64,000 bases of DNA from Vitrella brassicaformis CCMP3155 (GCA_001179505.1 CDMY01000603.1:1-64000), one strand, 5' to 3'; shown: positions 35,481 through 48,916, counted from the first letter of the stretch. Numbers and translations: made by a program. Notes: generated by a model from the sequence alone, not told the origin.

Positions 35481-36265
35481 TGTCAAGATACCAGTGGGAG
35501 AATCTATCCATCACTATCATCGCCGCACACTGCGAGCAAGCACAGACACACACAGACGATACGATCACATGGGTGCGGTGCCCACGTGTGTGTGTGTATC
35601 AGGGTCGGCCGGTGTGTGGTCCCACCTGCTTTATGTATTGGGCATGAGATGCATGACCCTCATTGTGTGCGGACGCATCGCCTTAATGGCTGCATCATAC
35701 ACATGACAGAAGACGACTGTGTGTGGCCATCCAGCAGTCGTCATGTCGCTCACCTCTGTCGGTCCTCAGCGATGGCGATGGGCTCTCAGCCAGACTAAAG
35801 TACCGCCAAGAAGAGACACCTGCGGGCAGGAAGGCACATGGGCAGCGGCAGACACACATATGGAGCACGGTGCATAAACCACACAATGTCATGCCGCATC
35901 CACCAGTCAGCATGCACCCCATGCACCGGCCTGTCTGTTTGTCAGTTCTTCTATCACTGATCTGTGTGCTTACCTATGGGAGAAGGACGTCAGCTAGCGT
36001 CACTCGACGCATGGTCGGGAACATCTCCGCAGCCCACTGATTCGGGTTTGCTGTGAAACAAGACGAAAGAAGGTATCGGCAGGAGGTCTATGATAGAGTT
36101 GGTCGGCTGCCCGTGCAGCACTCGAGGGCAGACGTAGGAATCTGCGGCTGAGGGCCTCGCTCACAGGTGGACAGATACACAACAAACAACACCGGCCCAG
36201 TGTGACCATCCATGCGGATTGTTTGTGGTCATGCAGACGAGGTCACTGAGCCGTCGGCTGCAGCT

Positions 36266-37180
36266 ATGCAGCAAGATGGCAACGACGGGGCTACCCATCC
36301 GGTACCTTACCATCAGCCGCCTTCTGCCGCGCACATCTGTCTGGACGGTTGTGTGTGTGTGTGTGTGCAGGAAGCGACTCGCGATGAGCGCCTCTGTCAG
36401 TTTGGACATGAGATGGATCGCATCAAAGAACTCGTCCAAAAGCTAGAAGCGCAAGTGGGTGGGGCCGGTGTGTCTGTGTGTGTTCCGTATGTCATCCATG
36501 CCTCGTTGTTGCAGGTAGCTGGCAAGGGTGCCTCGCTGACTGTGGGCGAGCTGTCTGTGGTGGTGGGCCACGTGAGCCGTGACGGCGGCTGTCTCAAGGA
36601 GGCGGCCGACTATCTGAGCAACATACACAACACCAACTCACTGCAGGGCGGAGTGGCAGAGGTACGTATCACAGCTCACACACATTCCTACTCACCTGTA
36701 TCTCTGTGTGTGTTGTCTGAGCAACAGGGTGGCTGTAGTGGCGGTGCGGAAGAGGTGGCCGTGGAGGGGACTCAGAAGGCGACTCATGCATCATCCATAT
36801 CGGTGTGTACGTTGAAAACAGCCAGCCCGTCAGGCAGGCACACTATGACCTGCCCTCTAATCCTTTCTCTGTGTGTGTGCAGGTAGCTGGTGTGTCGGAT
36901 AGCAAGCGGGCGCGCGTGGAGGACCGATCGGGCTGTTGTCATGTGGCTGCTGCTGCAGCTTCAGCTGCAGCTTCAGCTGCAGCTTCTGGTCGACCCGACT
37001 GACACAGAAAGTGCATCAAAATCTCACGCATCGATTCACCCAACGCCGTCGGTCTGTCTGTCTCGCTGTTGTGTTTGCAGTTGATGTGTTGAGCGGCCCC
37101 CAGCAAGACGGACAGGAGCAGCAGCATGCGAACGTCAGCCTTGACACAAATAAAGCGGCTCATTGGCGCACTCGCCACAT

Positions 37181-37216
<36 letters not shown>

Positions 37217-39032
37217 TGTGTCAGGTTGTCGGTGGGCCGTGTCTGTGTGGCCTGGAGGCCCCGGTGCTGTGTGGCATGGCCTCGTGGCTGACCACCAGGG
37301 AGGCCACCGTCCTCTGTCGCCTCAACAGGGGCATCAGAAGCATAGCCGACTACACCGCCAACCAACACCCGACCCACTGACCGCACCCTGGTGCACCATC
37401 ACGCCTCCGGTGCCCTTCACCGCACTCACCACCCTGCACGTGGCAGGCGCCGAGTGGATCAACCACTTCCGGTGAATCTAGCTGACCATGCACACATATT
37501 CATATGAGGGTCCGCTGTGTGTTGTTTTTCCATACAGTCACGCCATGTGGACCTTCCCTGCCCTGGAAGACTGCCGAGCGCCCTTCACTCCCACTCCCTT
37601 GTCCCTCAAGGGCCTCACCCACATCGTGAGCTCCTCCCCTCAGCTCACGACGCTCGCCGTCAACAACATCAGCGATTGCGGCAGCCCCGGTTTCATCGCT
37701 GCCCTGGGCAAGTCCATGCGGCTCACCACCATCCGTGGGCTGCACATCACCGAGCGTGTGTTGAAGAAAGGTCATCTGGCTGAGCTGCAGAGGTCTCTGG
37801 ACACCCACTGGAGCAAAGAGGACATGCGAGGTGAGTGACAGACGAGGTCTGTAGTGACATGCTTGATGCACTGATGCCTTGTGGTTCTATCATCCATCAT
37901 CCATCCGAAGATGAGTTTGTCTTCGACTGCCCCATCGACCATAACTTCGGCGACCTGACCCGCCCCCTGCACACGTTCCTCGAGTGGGCCCGACGAGTCG
38001 GCGCCACGGTCGAGTGGCGCTCGGTCGCGTGCGTGACGGTCGACTGCAGCAAGGAGCCGTCGACTGTCTTCCCTGCGGTGCGTGGCCCTGTAGCTGACGT
38101 GGTCAACCAACTCGCCAAACAAGCCGAGGAGGTAAGTGGGATAACGAATGGACAGACAAGGAACAAATCGCATGGTTCGTGTGTATGGCTGCCTTCGTCC
38201 CAGGTGTTGCTGATGTGTGGCGGCACGCCTCTGGACGAGTCGTGGAAGGACGTGCTAAACTTTCCCAACGTGACGCAACTGTGGATCGGCATTTCCCCCA
38301 TTCATGACGGCGGTCAACGAGGACGGCAACAACGTCTGTTTTCCCGCAGTCGAGCACCTCGTGTGCCGCCTGGCGTATCTGGGGTACGGGGACAACCACC
38401 CTGAGGGCGCCTGGCATTTTCCTGCCGGCCCCAACAAGCTTAGCACACTTCTAGGCAACCCGTGCCACGTTAGATCAGTTCAGTTCAGCACCTCTGACCT
38501 CTCTGTCGTGTCTGAGTGCCTATCGCTGCTGCCCACTAAGTGCATCGACGAGCTCGGCCTTGAGTTTGGCTATCACGTGCGTGTGTTGCCTGAAACATAC
38601 CCACCGCTCTCATCGCCTGCCGTGAGCTTGCTCTCGTTTGGTGGCGATGATGAGATTGAGCTCAGCAAAGATCAGGCCTCGTCGGTGATGAGTGCTGTGA
38701 CCCATGTGCGGCCATCCAAAGCGCATCTGAGTCTACAATTCGATACCAGTGGGTTTCAGCTAAGATGAGGAGGGGGCGTCATATGAGGAGCAGAAAGCCC
38801 ATGCAGAGTTAAGGAGCTGCGTGCGTTGGCGTGTGAGTGCTTCGCGCGGGTCATGGCTTCGTACTCACTTGAGAGCCTCACTGTCGAGTGCGACGTTCAG
38901 CAGCAGCAGCAGCAGCAGGAGGAGGGGGAAGAGGAGAGCTTCCTCTCTTTTTGTGCATTCACACTGGATCTGGTAGCAAAGGACGGCCGGGGGGGACAAC
39001 AGGGCGAGGACGCTTGTAGTGTGCAGACTTGA
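36266..39032 (+). pseudogene. Lineage-specific hypothetical gene (possibly LRR-like) with at least two frameshifts
   Basis: Frame switches at about 37373-37380 (YTANQHPT to LTAPWCTIT, with TGA 37378-37380) and about 38295-38299 (WIGISP to MTAVNEDG). Further TGAs at 38766 and 38784 unless a weak 54-nt intron is used. Confidence 0.55.
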
Positions 39033-39334
39033 GACTCTGGGTGGGGTGGGGTGGTCGTGGTTGCGGACACCTGTGTTCAAGTTGCTGTCTCTGTGCTGTG
39101 CGTGTGGATGGATGGATGGATGTCAATATAGACTGAGTGAGCGTGTGTCGATTCAATGTGTCCGCCAACCGATTCAATTCAAGCACCGTACACGATGTCT
39201 CTAGTTCCCATCCGGCCACGCACTACACAAGCACACAAAGAGCTCGCGCCCACACACACACACACACACACAGGTGAGTAAAGGACGCATTATACGATCT
39301 AAGCCACACGCAGTGTGTGCGGTGCGGTGCGGTG

Positions 39335-39491
39335 CTCACCCGAGGCAATGCGTTTGTGTTTGTCGAATGTGAGCAGTCGGCAGATGAGGTCGACCGCCTC
39401 GTCATCGTACCGGCTGAACCACACGGGCTGCGTTGTAACACACACAGACAAAGAGAGACACAACACACAGAGAAAGAGACAACACGCGTGT
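39335..39491 (-). repeat. Orphan duplicate of one kinase exon with flanking intron sequence (source 40628-40770)
   Basis: PVWFSRYDDEAVDLICRLLTFDKHKRIAS versus PVWFSDYDEVSDEAVDLIRRLLTFDKHKRIAS; 9-nt in-frame deletion; both splice sites retained. Confidence 0.85.
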
Positions 39492-39981
39492 CAATGAGTA
39501 TTTTGGCGCCAGGCACAAAGGCTGCCCTTCGTGCGGCTATTCGGGGACTGTGTTAACTAACTAACTAACTAACAGACCGAAAGTGACAGGAACCTGCCCT
39601 GCTCCCTTTCATTCGCATGCATTCTTCTGGTATAATATATACCACACTCATCTCATTCAGTTGACATGCAATGAGCCCTCCCTCCGTCGGGCGGCACGGC
39701 ACTCACCTCAGGTACGAGATCCGTTCGTGTCGACAGCATACAAACATCCATAGAATGAATCCACACACCCACCCACGAATGTCAGTCAGTCAGTCAGTCA
39801 GTACGTTGATTGATATCTATACACAAACCGCACCCTGGCAGTCAGTGCAGTGACTGCACTCACTGCCTGCATCGCCGCACTCACTGCAGCACACCGCCCC
39901 GCTCCGCTCCCACCAGACAGACAGACAGACAGACAGAATCAGTCAACCAGTCGACTGACTGATTCGATTCCCCCAGGTCGG

Positions 39982-42292
39982 TCAAGTCAAGCCACTGCTT
40001 GACCTTGCCGCCTGTTTAACGGGCTGCCAACGCATCTGTGCCACTGGCTGCTGTGGGTGGCACTGGCGGCGTCCGCGCCGCCCCCGCCGCCGCCGCCGCC
40101 GCCTGCGTGGCGTCTTCTGTGGTCCTGTGGGCGCTGGTTGGTCTGTGGGTGTGGCCTTGGGCACCCAGATGGCATGGCCCTGTCCGGAGGGACAAACACC
40201 GTGACGACGGCCGGCCGCCGGACGGTTCGGTCGGACACGGTTGTCATGGCGACAGTGGGAGGTGGGGGAGTGGGAGGGCAGGGGGGCGTGAGGACCAGGA
40301 CGGGCCGGCTGAGCGGGGGAGACGGAGACGCAGTCGCACTCACTCAGTGTCGGACGAGTCGACGGGGCCGTCTCGGCGGTGTCGCTGCCGGCCTTCGATG
40401 ACTTGGGCGATTGCGGCAGGCTGAGCTCCTTCGGCTGCTCCACCGGTGTGGGCGACGCCGGCACGGACTCCTGGAACCACGGATGCGACAAGGCCTCGGC
40501 AGCTGCGCCAAGACGACAACACAAGACAGACAGCACACACACAGACAGACATACAGACATACATATGCACACACGCGCTGTGGATGGATGGATGGATGGA
40601 TGGAAACCCCTTCAATGCGCACGGCACCTCACCCGAGGCAATGCGTTTGTGTTTGTCGAATGTGAGCAGTCGGCGGATGAGGTCGACCGCCTCGTCCGAC
40701 ACCTCATCGTAGTCGCTGAACCACACGGGCTGCATTGTAACACACACAGACAAAGAGACAGCACGCGTGTGCATATCGATGAATCGCACTCATCCATCCA
40801 TCCATCTGTGTGTGTGCGTGTGTACCCTCTTCATATCCCTGAGGGCCCTTCTGACGGTGCGGGGCTTCAGGTCAGCGCAGCAGAAGGGAAACCCGCCAGT
40901 CAGCATCGCATAGCTGGCCAGCCACACACACACATACACATATATGACGTGTGAGTGAGTTTGCCGTTCGGTCGGCCGCTTACATGGCGACGCCCATCGA
41001 CCACAGATCGCTCTGATGTGATTAGTCGAGAGATTCCAACACCTCAGGCGCCTACACGTACACAGCCGGCCGGGCGGGCGGGCGGGCGGGAGGGCAACCA
41101 ACATACCAACACAACACAACACAGTACAACACGCGCTCGTTATTTGGTTAGTCCATCAATCGTTTGTGTGTCCACCCACTATAGTGTGTGTCAGTCTGAG
41201 TGCGTCCTTACGGTGTAGTCTAGAGTGCCCCAGACGCTCGTGTGCTTTCCCATCCCTGGCAGCAGCGCCGTGTCGAGGTCGACTAACACCACCCTCTTGC
41301 CCTCCCTCATGATGTTGCGCAGCGAAATGTCGCAGTGAGTGATCTGTCGTAGTGTGGCAACACACACCACCGGGTGTGCGTGGCTTGGCGTGGGTCGCTT
41401 GCCCACCCACCCATTCAATGGCATGCATAGTTACATTGTGTTTGTGTAGGAGCTGGAGCCCCTTGAGGGCGCCCCTGGCAATGTGCCGCGCGTCGTCCTC
41501 ATCCCGCCGATGGGGAGTGCGGTCGCAGTGGCCGTCGCCAACGCAGTCCATAATGATGTACACGTACTCGGGGTCCATGTGGATGGCGTCCGTCATGCAC
41601 ACGGGGCCCTTCAAGTCGAGGTGGCAGATGCGGCTTTACTTGAGCAAGAACTCCTCCTCGGTGCACATGGACGTCTCCAAACTGACACACAGACAGACAC
41701 ACAGACAGAGCCGACAAACAAAGAGCCACAGGCAGGCAGAGACCGAAATCAACGACCGATGGCCAGGCTGTTCTGTCTGTGTGTCTGTGTGTCTGTTTGT
41801 CTGTGTGTGGGGCTTACTCGAAGGAATCCCGCGGGATGGCCTTGATGGCGTAGAAGAGGTCCTTCACGACCGAACAAGTCCTCTCCACCTTGAACACAAA
41901 CCCGTTCCTGCATCCCGCCACACACACACACACACGCTCATTGAGTGATTGGTTCGCATGCAGTGCAGTGCAGTGTGTGTGTGCGTCGGTGGCTTACGAG
42001 CCGCGCCCGGCCTCCTCGACCACTCGGAATTGCTCGTCATCGAGCAGGTCGCCAAACGAGCCGTACGTCTGTCGCACACACGTAAGTACACAGAAACCGG
42101 CACAGAGCCGACTATGCGCACTGCATGCACTGGGCTGTCTGTGCCGTCCGTCTTCATTTGTCATCTCGAGCTGCGCACCTTGGGAGCTGGCACCTTGAGT
42201 TGGAAGACGTCCGGGGGCGCCTCCTCCTCGCCGCGCGCCGTCCGCTCATCCACGAGGCCGACATCCCTCTCGACGAACCCCAGCGAACCCAT
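39982..42292 (-). pseudogene. CAMK-like Ser/Thr protein kinase pseudogene with two in-frame TAA codons
   Basis: Subdomains recognisable: YAIKAI, HCDISLRNI, VLVDLD, WGTLDYT/APEV, SDLWSMGV, MLTGGFPF, EAVDLIRRLL, EALSHPWF. TAA at 41636-41638 (EEFLLK*SRIC) and 41022-41024 (ESLD*SHQSDLW). Confidence 0.8.
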
Positions 42293-42645
42293 CTCTATCT
42301 GCTCGGTCAGTCTGAACCGCCGGCAGCGACAAACGGCGTGAGGCGCACTCGTGGCGCGACTGAGCGACCAAGTGACCGACTGGGGCGATTGAGTAACAAG
42401 CAGACACTAGCTACAGCCGCCAAAGAACAACGATTCGCACCTTTGACAGCTTTTTGATGACGGACGTGAGGTTTCACGTCTCACGCCCTACCCCCGCCAT
42501 AGCTCGCGGCGGCGCAAAGAGATCAAAACGCAGCCACGGACGTGGCGAGACCCGAGCGCAGCCATGCGTGTGAAGATCTACCGCCTTTTCATCTGAGTCG
42601 CCCAGATCCAGCCTGGTAAGAAGTTCCCTGCTGTCTGTTTGCAAG

Positions 42646-45600
42646 ATGCCCGAGTTCGACAAGCAGTGCACGATTTTGATCCACTACGACAAGGGCAACC
42701 CGCCCTCGATGGCCGACCTGCAGAAGAGGCTCGAGGCGTCCAAGGACTCCACCAAGGCTGAGGCGCTCGAGGAGCTCATCCTGCTCATGATCGGAGGAGA
42801 GGCATACGCCAAGCTACTCATGACGGTACGCAATCACGCAGACAGGCAGGCAGGCAGACAGGCAGAACAAACAGATGAGGGAGGGAGATCACGAGACGGC
42901 AACAGAGACAACCAACCTGTGTGTGGGTACGGCCCGTGCTGCAGGTCATTCGTTTTGTGGTGACGTCCAACAACCACCGCATCAAGAAGCTGCTGATGAT
43001 CTATTGGGAGATCGTGGACAAGTGCAAGGCCAACGGGGAGCTCAAGGAAGAAATGATCCTCGTCTGGTAAGACAACCAAGCAACGACTGAGTGAGTGAGC
43101 GGAGAGAGAGAAACAGCCAGCAATCGAAGCGACAGCACACAAACACACAAACACACCAGCACACACACACACTGGCCGCCCTCTCGCCGTGGAGTTCTGT
43201 TGATTCATGTCACTCACATTGTGTGTTGAGTGTCTGTCGTCAGCAATGCATTGCGGAACGACCTGATGCACGCCAACGAGTACATCCGGGGCTCCACCCT
43301 CCGTCTGCTGTGCAAGATGCGGTACTACAAGATCCTGGAGCCGCTCATCGAGGCCATCATCCGCAACCTCACGCACCGCCACTCGTACGTCCGCCGCAAC
43401 GCCGTCATGTGTGTCTACTCGATCGTCAAGTCGTTTGGCGTCGACACCATCCCACATGCGGCCGAGGAGGTGGAGCAGCTGCTGCTGGTGGAGGGCGACC
43501 TCAGCACCAAACGCAACGCATTCCTCATGCTGCTCCAGTGCGACCAGGACAGGGCCATCAACTACGTCCTCTCCGTCCAGGACGTCGTAAGCACAAGATC
43601 GATCACAATTTGGCAGCAAGGAAGCCGGCTCATCAAGGAGTTGTGTGATGTGATGTGATGTGATGTGATGTGGTGGTGTGGTGTGTTGTGTGGTGCGGTC
43701 AGGTGTCGAGCCTTGGTGACATCTTTCAACTGGTGCTGCTCGAGCTGCTCCGCAAAGTCTGCAGACAGAATCCCGCACAGAAGGTAGGCATCACACACAC
43801 ACACACACACACAACCAACCAACCGCCCAACGATTCACTCCTTTTCTCTCCCGTGTGCTGTGCTGTGCTGTGCGTGATCCACAGGGCAATCTGCTGCGGA
43901 TCATCGTGAACCTGGTGCAATCGTCTTCTCCCGCCGTGGCGTACGAGGGCGCGGCGTCGCTCGTGGCGCTGTCGTCCTCTCCTCACGCACTGAAGGCGGC
44001 CACACAGGCGTATGTGAACCTGCTGGTGGGCCAGTCTGACAACAACGTCAAGCTGATCGTGCTGGACCGGCTCACCGACATACTGAGGAAACACAAACAC
44101 GTGCTGACCGGATTCGTCATGGACATTCTCAGAGGTCAGTGGAGGGATGGATGGATGGATGGCTCGTGGGGCTGGGTGGTATCTATCTATCTGTGTGATG
44201 TGTGTCATGTGTGCAGCGTTGAATTGCCCGTCGTTTGACGTTCGTCGCAAGACGATGGACATCGCACTCAAGCTTGTCTCGTCGCGCAACATACAGGTGG
44301 GCCCACAGCACACACACACACACACATACATACATATGACATGACACCCCTATGCACGACGGCTGATATGTCATTCGTTGCTTCGCTTGGCCTGGCAGGA
44401 GGTGGTTGCGCTGCTCAAGAAGGAAATCGTCAAGACCATGGACATGGTGAGCAGAGAGAATGCGGGACGGCTTGCATACGGCTGACCATGTGTGCCCCCC
44501 CGCTGGTTTTTTTTGTTTGCAGGAGCAGCAGAACGTCGCTGGGAACCTCGAGTACCGACGGCTGCTCATCCGATCAGTGGTAAGCACAGCTCCACAAACA
44601 CACACACTCGCACACAAACAAAACGCTCCACATGCACACGCCCTTCTGTTCTGTCTCTCTGCTCATTTCATTCAGCACGCGTCGTGCAGCCGTTTCCCGG
44701 ATGTGGCTCAGTCGGTGATGCATCTGCTGATGGACTTCCTGGGCGAGACTGACCAGACCACCACCACAGAAGTCGTCATGTTTGTGCGCGAGCTGGTCGC
44801 CAACTACCCCGCACTGCGGCCGGCCATCATGCAGCGCATCATCGAGGCACTCCCTGAAGTGCAGCAATCGCGGTAAGCCACTGAGAGAGGGAGAGAGAGA
44901 GGCTGTGCATGGTTCTTTATGTGGGTGTCTGTGTCTTGTGTGGTTCAGTGTGATTCGTGTGTGTTTGTGGATCATGGGCGAGTATGCGGACGAGCCGGAG
45001 CTGATCGAAAGCTGCCTCACCGCCATACTTGACGCGCTGCCGTCGCTCCCATTCCTCACACGTACACACCACACACACCACACACACCACACACACAGAG
45101 CAGTGATGCATCCCCTCCTGTCTGTGTGTGTGTGTGTGTGTGTGTCAGCGGACGAAGAGCAGCAGAAAGCAGCGAACCGCAAGACGCAGACAGAGGATGG
45201 CGCGACTCAGGTACCTCACCACCAGACAGCCGACACAAAGACGCGGCAGCAGGATTGTGTTGTCCATCGACCACATTCGTTGCTGCTGTGTGTGTGTGTG
45301 TGTGTTGAACAGGGTGACGCGGCAAAGCAAGACCAGAAGCCTCGCGTCAAGGTCGTCACGCGGTACATACACACACATACACACGAATACAGCCAAGCGC
45401 CACACACAGCAGAAAAGTGTGTGTGTGTGTGGTTGGCAGCACTGTGATATTGGCTGACGGGACATATGGCACCGAGAACGTCTATGAGCCAATCGACGGT
45501 GGGTCTTCAGCACAGCACGACACACACAAGGAATGGAGGTCACCCCACGTGTGCTCTGTGCGTGGCGTGCTGTGCTGTGTGGATCACTCAATCGATCGAT

Positions 45601-46265
45601 CGGTCAGATGGCGTGGAAGCAGCACCCGACACAGAGGGTAAGGAGGGGCATACACTGTGAGTGATCCGATCCGATCCACACGGTCATGTATACCATTTGT
45701 ATGTATGTCATCGGTATCTTTCTGTGTGTCTGCAGGGGAGGAGGCCAAGAAGCAGACCGTGCTGAGGAACCTGGTGGTCAGCGGCGACTTCCTCCTGTGC
45801 GCTATGCTCGCCGGTATGTATGGCTTCACACCCAGGCACACAGAGAGGGAGAGACAGAGAGAGATCCGTACGCACGGACTTGTGTGGCGTCTGTGTGATG
45901 CCTGCGGTGGCTGCAGTGAGTCTGACGAAGCTGGCGCTCAAGGAGATCACTCTCGAGGGAGAGGGCGGCACATACATCCTCCCCACGTCCGTACCGTACC
46001 GTGCCGTACACACATCCCTGCCAACACACCACACAGATGGATGGACTCTCCGATGGATGCCTTGTCTGTCTGTCTGTCTGCCTGTCTGTCTGCCTGTGTG
46101 CCCGATGTGTGATGGCTGCGATGCCAACAGGAGCATCAAGAATCGCGTCATGTACTGCGTCGCGTGTCTGCTCAAGTTCGTCAGGAGCCACCCCACAGGT
46201 ATGGCATGGCATGAACCAACACCATACCAGTCTCACCTTCCCATCCTCCATCCGCCTGTGTGTGT

Positions 46266-46301
<36 letters not shown>

Positions 46302-48703
46302 GTGGCCCGACATGTGACGCGGCGATCCGCATCGGCCAGTGCCTCAGAGCTCTCACAGTCATCCTGGCGGACGAAACACTCAAGTCCCAACAGCTGCGAA
46401 CCGAGTGGTTCCCGGTATGTTTAGATCCCAACATGCCATGCCATGCCGTCCACACACAGGCGGCCGACATCACCCCTGGTGCCGCGCCGCGTGTGCGTGT
46501 GTGTAGGAGAGCCGCAATGCGTTGGCGAGTGTGCTTGAGATCGAGGTTGAGAACTATGAGGCGGCACTGGCGCAGGACGAGCCCGAGGAGAGGGTACACA
46601 CCTGTTGGAAGGAGGAGGCGATGAACCACCCACCCGCCATCATGTGTGTATGTTTGATGCGCACGCAGACGGCCAGCGAGCCGGATGACCTCATCGTATT
46701 CAGGCAGCTCAGGTATGTACGCTTGTCTCCCGTGGGTGACATGGAGCGTGTGTGCGTGAATGGTGTCCATCCGCAGGGAGCGTCGTGGCCCTGCTGCCGA
46801 TGCGCTTGACGATGACGAGCTCGACGTGCAGGCGGCTGTCGGCTCGGGGCCGGGCAGCGCACTCAAGGTCAGATCTGACACACAACCACACACTGACGGA
46901 CCATATCTGATTTCTTGTCTGTCTCTCCGTTGATCAGGATGACAGCTCTCTGTTCCAGCAGCGCCTCGCCAAAGTCCAACAGATGACGGGCGTCGCGGTG
47001 AGTAAACCGATCAACACACACAGGAAGAGCACACACATGAGTCCCGAGTGTGTGGCTCCATCCATCCATCCATCCATGTGTTGCCTGCAGGACCCCGTGT
47101 ACGTCGAGGCCTTCCTGCAGGTGCATCAATTCGATCTCGTGCTGGAGCTGCTCGTCATCAACCGCACCAACGACACACTGCAAAATGTCAATGTCGAACT
47201 CTCCACGCACGGTTCGTATCGTCACAACACTGATGTAGAGGAGGAAGAGGCCAACAGGTGTGTGGATGGGCGTGGCGGCGGTATGGTGGGTGGGGTGCAA
47301 TGCATCAGGTGATTTGAAGCTGGTCGACCGTCCGCCATCGGTTACCCTGGCTGCCGGGCAGCAGACCACTCTCCATGCGTCCATCAAGGTAGGTACAAGG
47401 AACGAACGAACGAATGGAATGATGGTGGATGTTGGATGCTCCACATGCGGTGTGGTGGCTTTCAGGTCCAGTCGACAGAGACGGGCATTATCTTCGGCTA
47501 CGTCACGTACGACAAGAGAAGCGCCGCTGACAAGGTGCGCAAACCGTGTGCTGGAGCTGGGATGTGTTGACTGACACACCTGTGTGTCTGCGTGTCGTGT
47601 CGGTGTTGCAATCAATGGGTGTAGGAGTGTTTGGTTTTGAACGAGATGCACATCGATCTGCTCGACTACATCCAGCGGTCCTGGGTGGGCGAGCTGGCCT
47701 TCCGCACCATGTGGTCCGAATTCGAATGGGAAAACAAAATCAACATCAACACCACTATCACGTACAGTACACAGTCCCACTCCACCACACACACACACAC
47801 ACACACGGAAGGGCCCCTCCCTGCTCATACCTGTGCGTAGGGATGTGGCCGTGTTTTTGGAGCACATCATGCGCAACACCAACATGACCGTCGTGGGCAA
47901 GTACGCCAAACCGCCGCCCGGCATTGTGGCTGGCACGACGGGCGGCACCAAGGGCCCCCAACTCAACCAGGCTGTGGTCAGTGAGCATGGCAACCCACTC
48001 CACAGCGTAGCAACACACCCCACGGAGGGAGGGAGGGAGGGAGGGAGATAGGTCAGATGATGGTCAAGCTCAACAGGGATGAGCCGCTCTGCATACGTGA
48101 AGGGGCGATGATTCCAACTGTATTTCTCTCCTGCTGATGATCAACAACACACACCCACCCCCCCCCACCCCCCCCACACACACAGAGAGAGACAGAGTGC
48201 GATCGAGCCTGTCTGCTGTTCCTCATCTGTCGTGTGGTGTGTGTGGATTGTGTTTGTGCGCTGGCTGATGACAGCTGGTTGGCGAGGAGCGGGACGACTA
48301 CCTTGAGAGCGTCAAGAACCTCACCACACTCAAGAAACTCACCGAGCACTCGTCATTCTTCGCCGTCAACCTATACTCGAAATCCATATTCGGTCAGTCA
48401 GTGCCCCCAGCCGACACACACCCACCCACCCACACACCCCCACACACACATGCCGTCTGCTGTGTGTCTTGTGTGTGTCAGGTGAGGACGCTTTGGCAAA
48501 TCTGAGCATCGAGAAGATGCCCGACGGCAAGCTTGCGGGCTCTGTGCGGATCCGCAGCAGAACACAGGTGCGTCTCTATCGGTGTGGGCTTGGGGGGAGG
48601 CGCAGTGCATTGTGCATTGTGTGTGTGTATGTGTGTGTGTGTCTTTCAGGGCATAGCGTTGTCTTTGGGTGATCGCATCACAGTCGTGCAAAGGGCCTTG
48701 TGA
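42646..48703 (+). CDS. COPB1: Coatomer subunit beta (beta-COP), about 20 exons
   Basis: [49 protein letters not shown], QMTG...DPVYVEAFLQVHQFDLVLE, FRTMWSEFEWENKINI, GEDALANLSIEK, RIRSRTQGIALSLGDRI; stop TGA 48701-48703. Confidence 0.98.
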
Positions 48704-48916
48704 TCGATGTCAACGAGGCCTTGCCCACTCTCAATGATGTGTACGTGTCTGAGTGAGTGTCAGATGGTTGGAAAATGGACGTGTTGGTCGATGTGTGTGT
48801 GTTGCGTGAGAGACCTCCGCCGTTAATTCGTCACGTCAATCCATCGTGAATCCATCCGTGTTTCCGTCTGTCTGTGTCGAGCGCACGGCATCACACATGA
48901 CATCGTCTTGCGCACT

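Noticed and set aside
38766-38786. Two in-frame TGA codons as selenocysteines
   Set aside because: No redox motif or SECIS was seen; the gene already has frameshifts; a small intron or paired indels explain them.
41022-41638. TAA reassignment (ciliate-type code) explaining the two in-frame TAA codons in the kinase
   Set aside because: TAA is the genuine stop of RPS24 and of both secreted-protein copies, and Glu and Tyr, not Gln, are expected at those columns.
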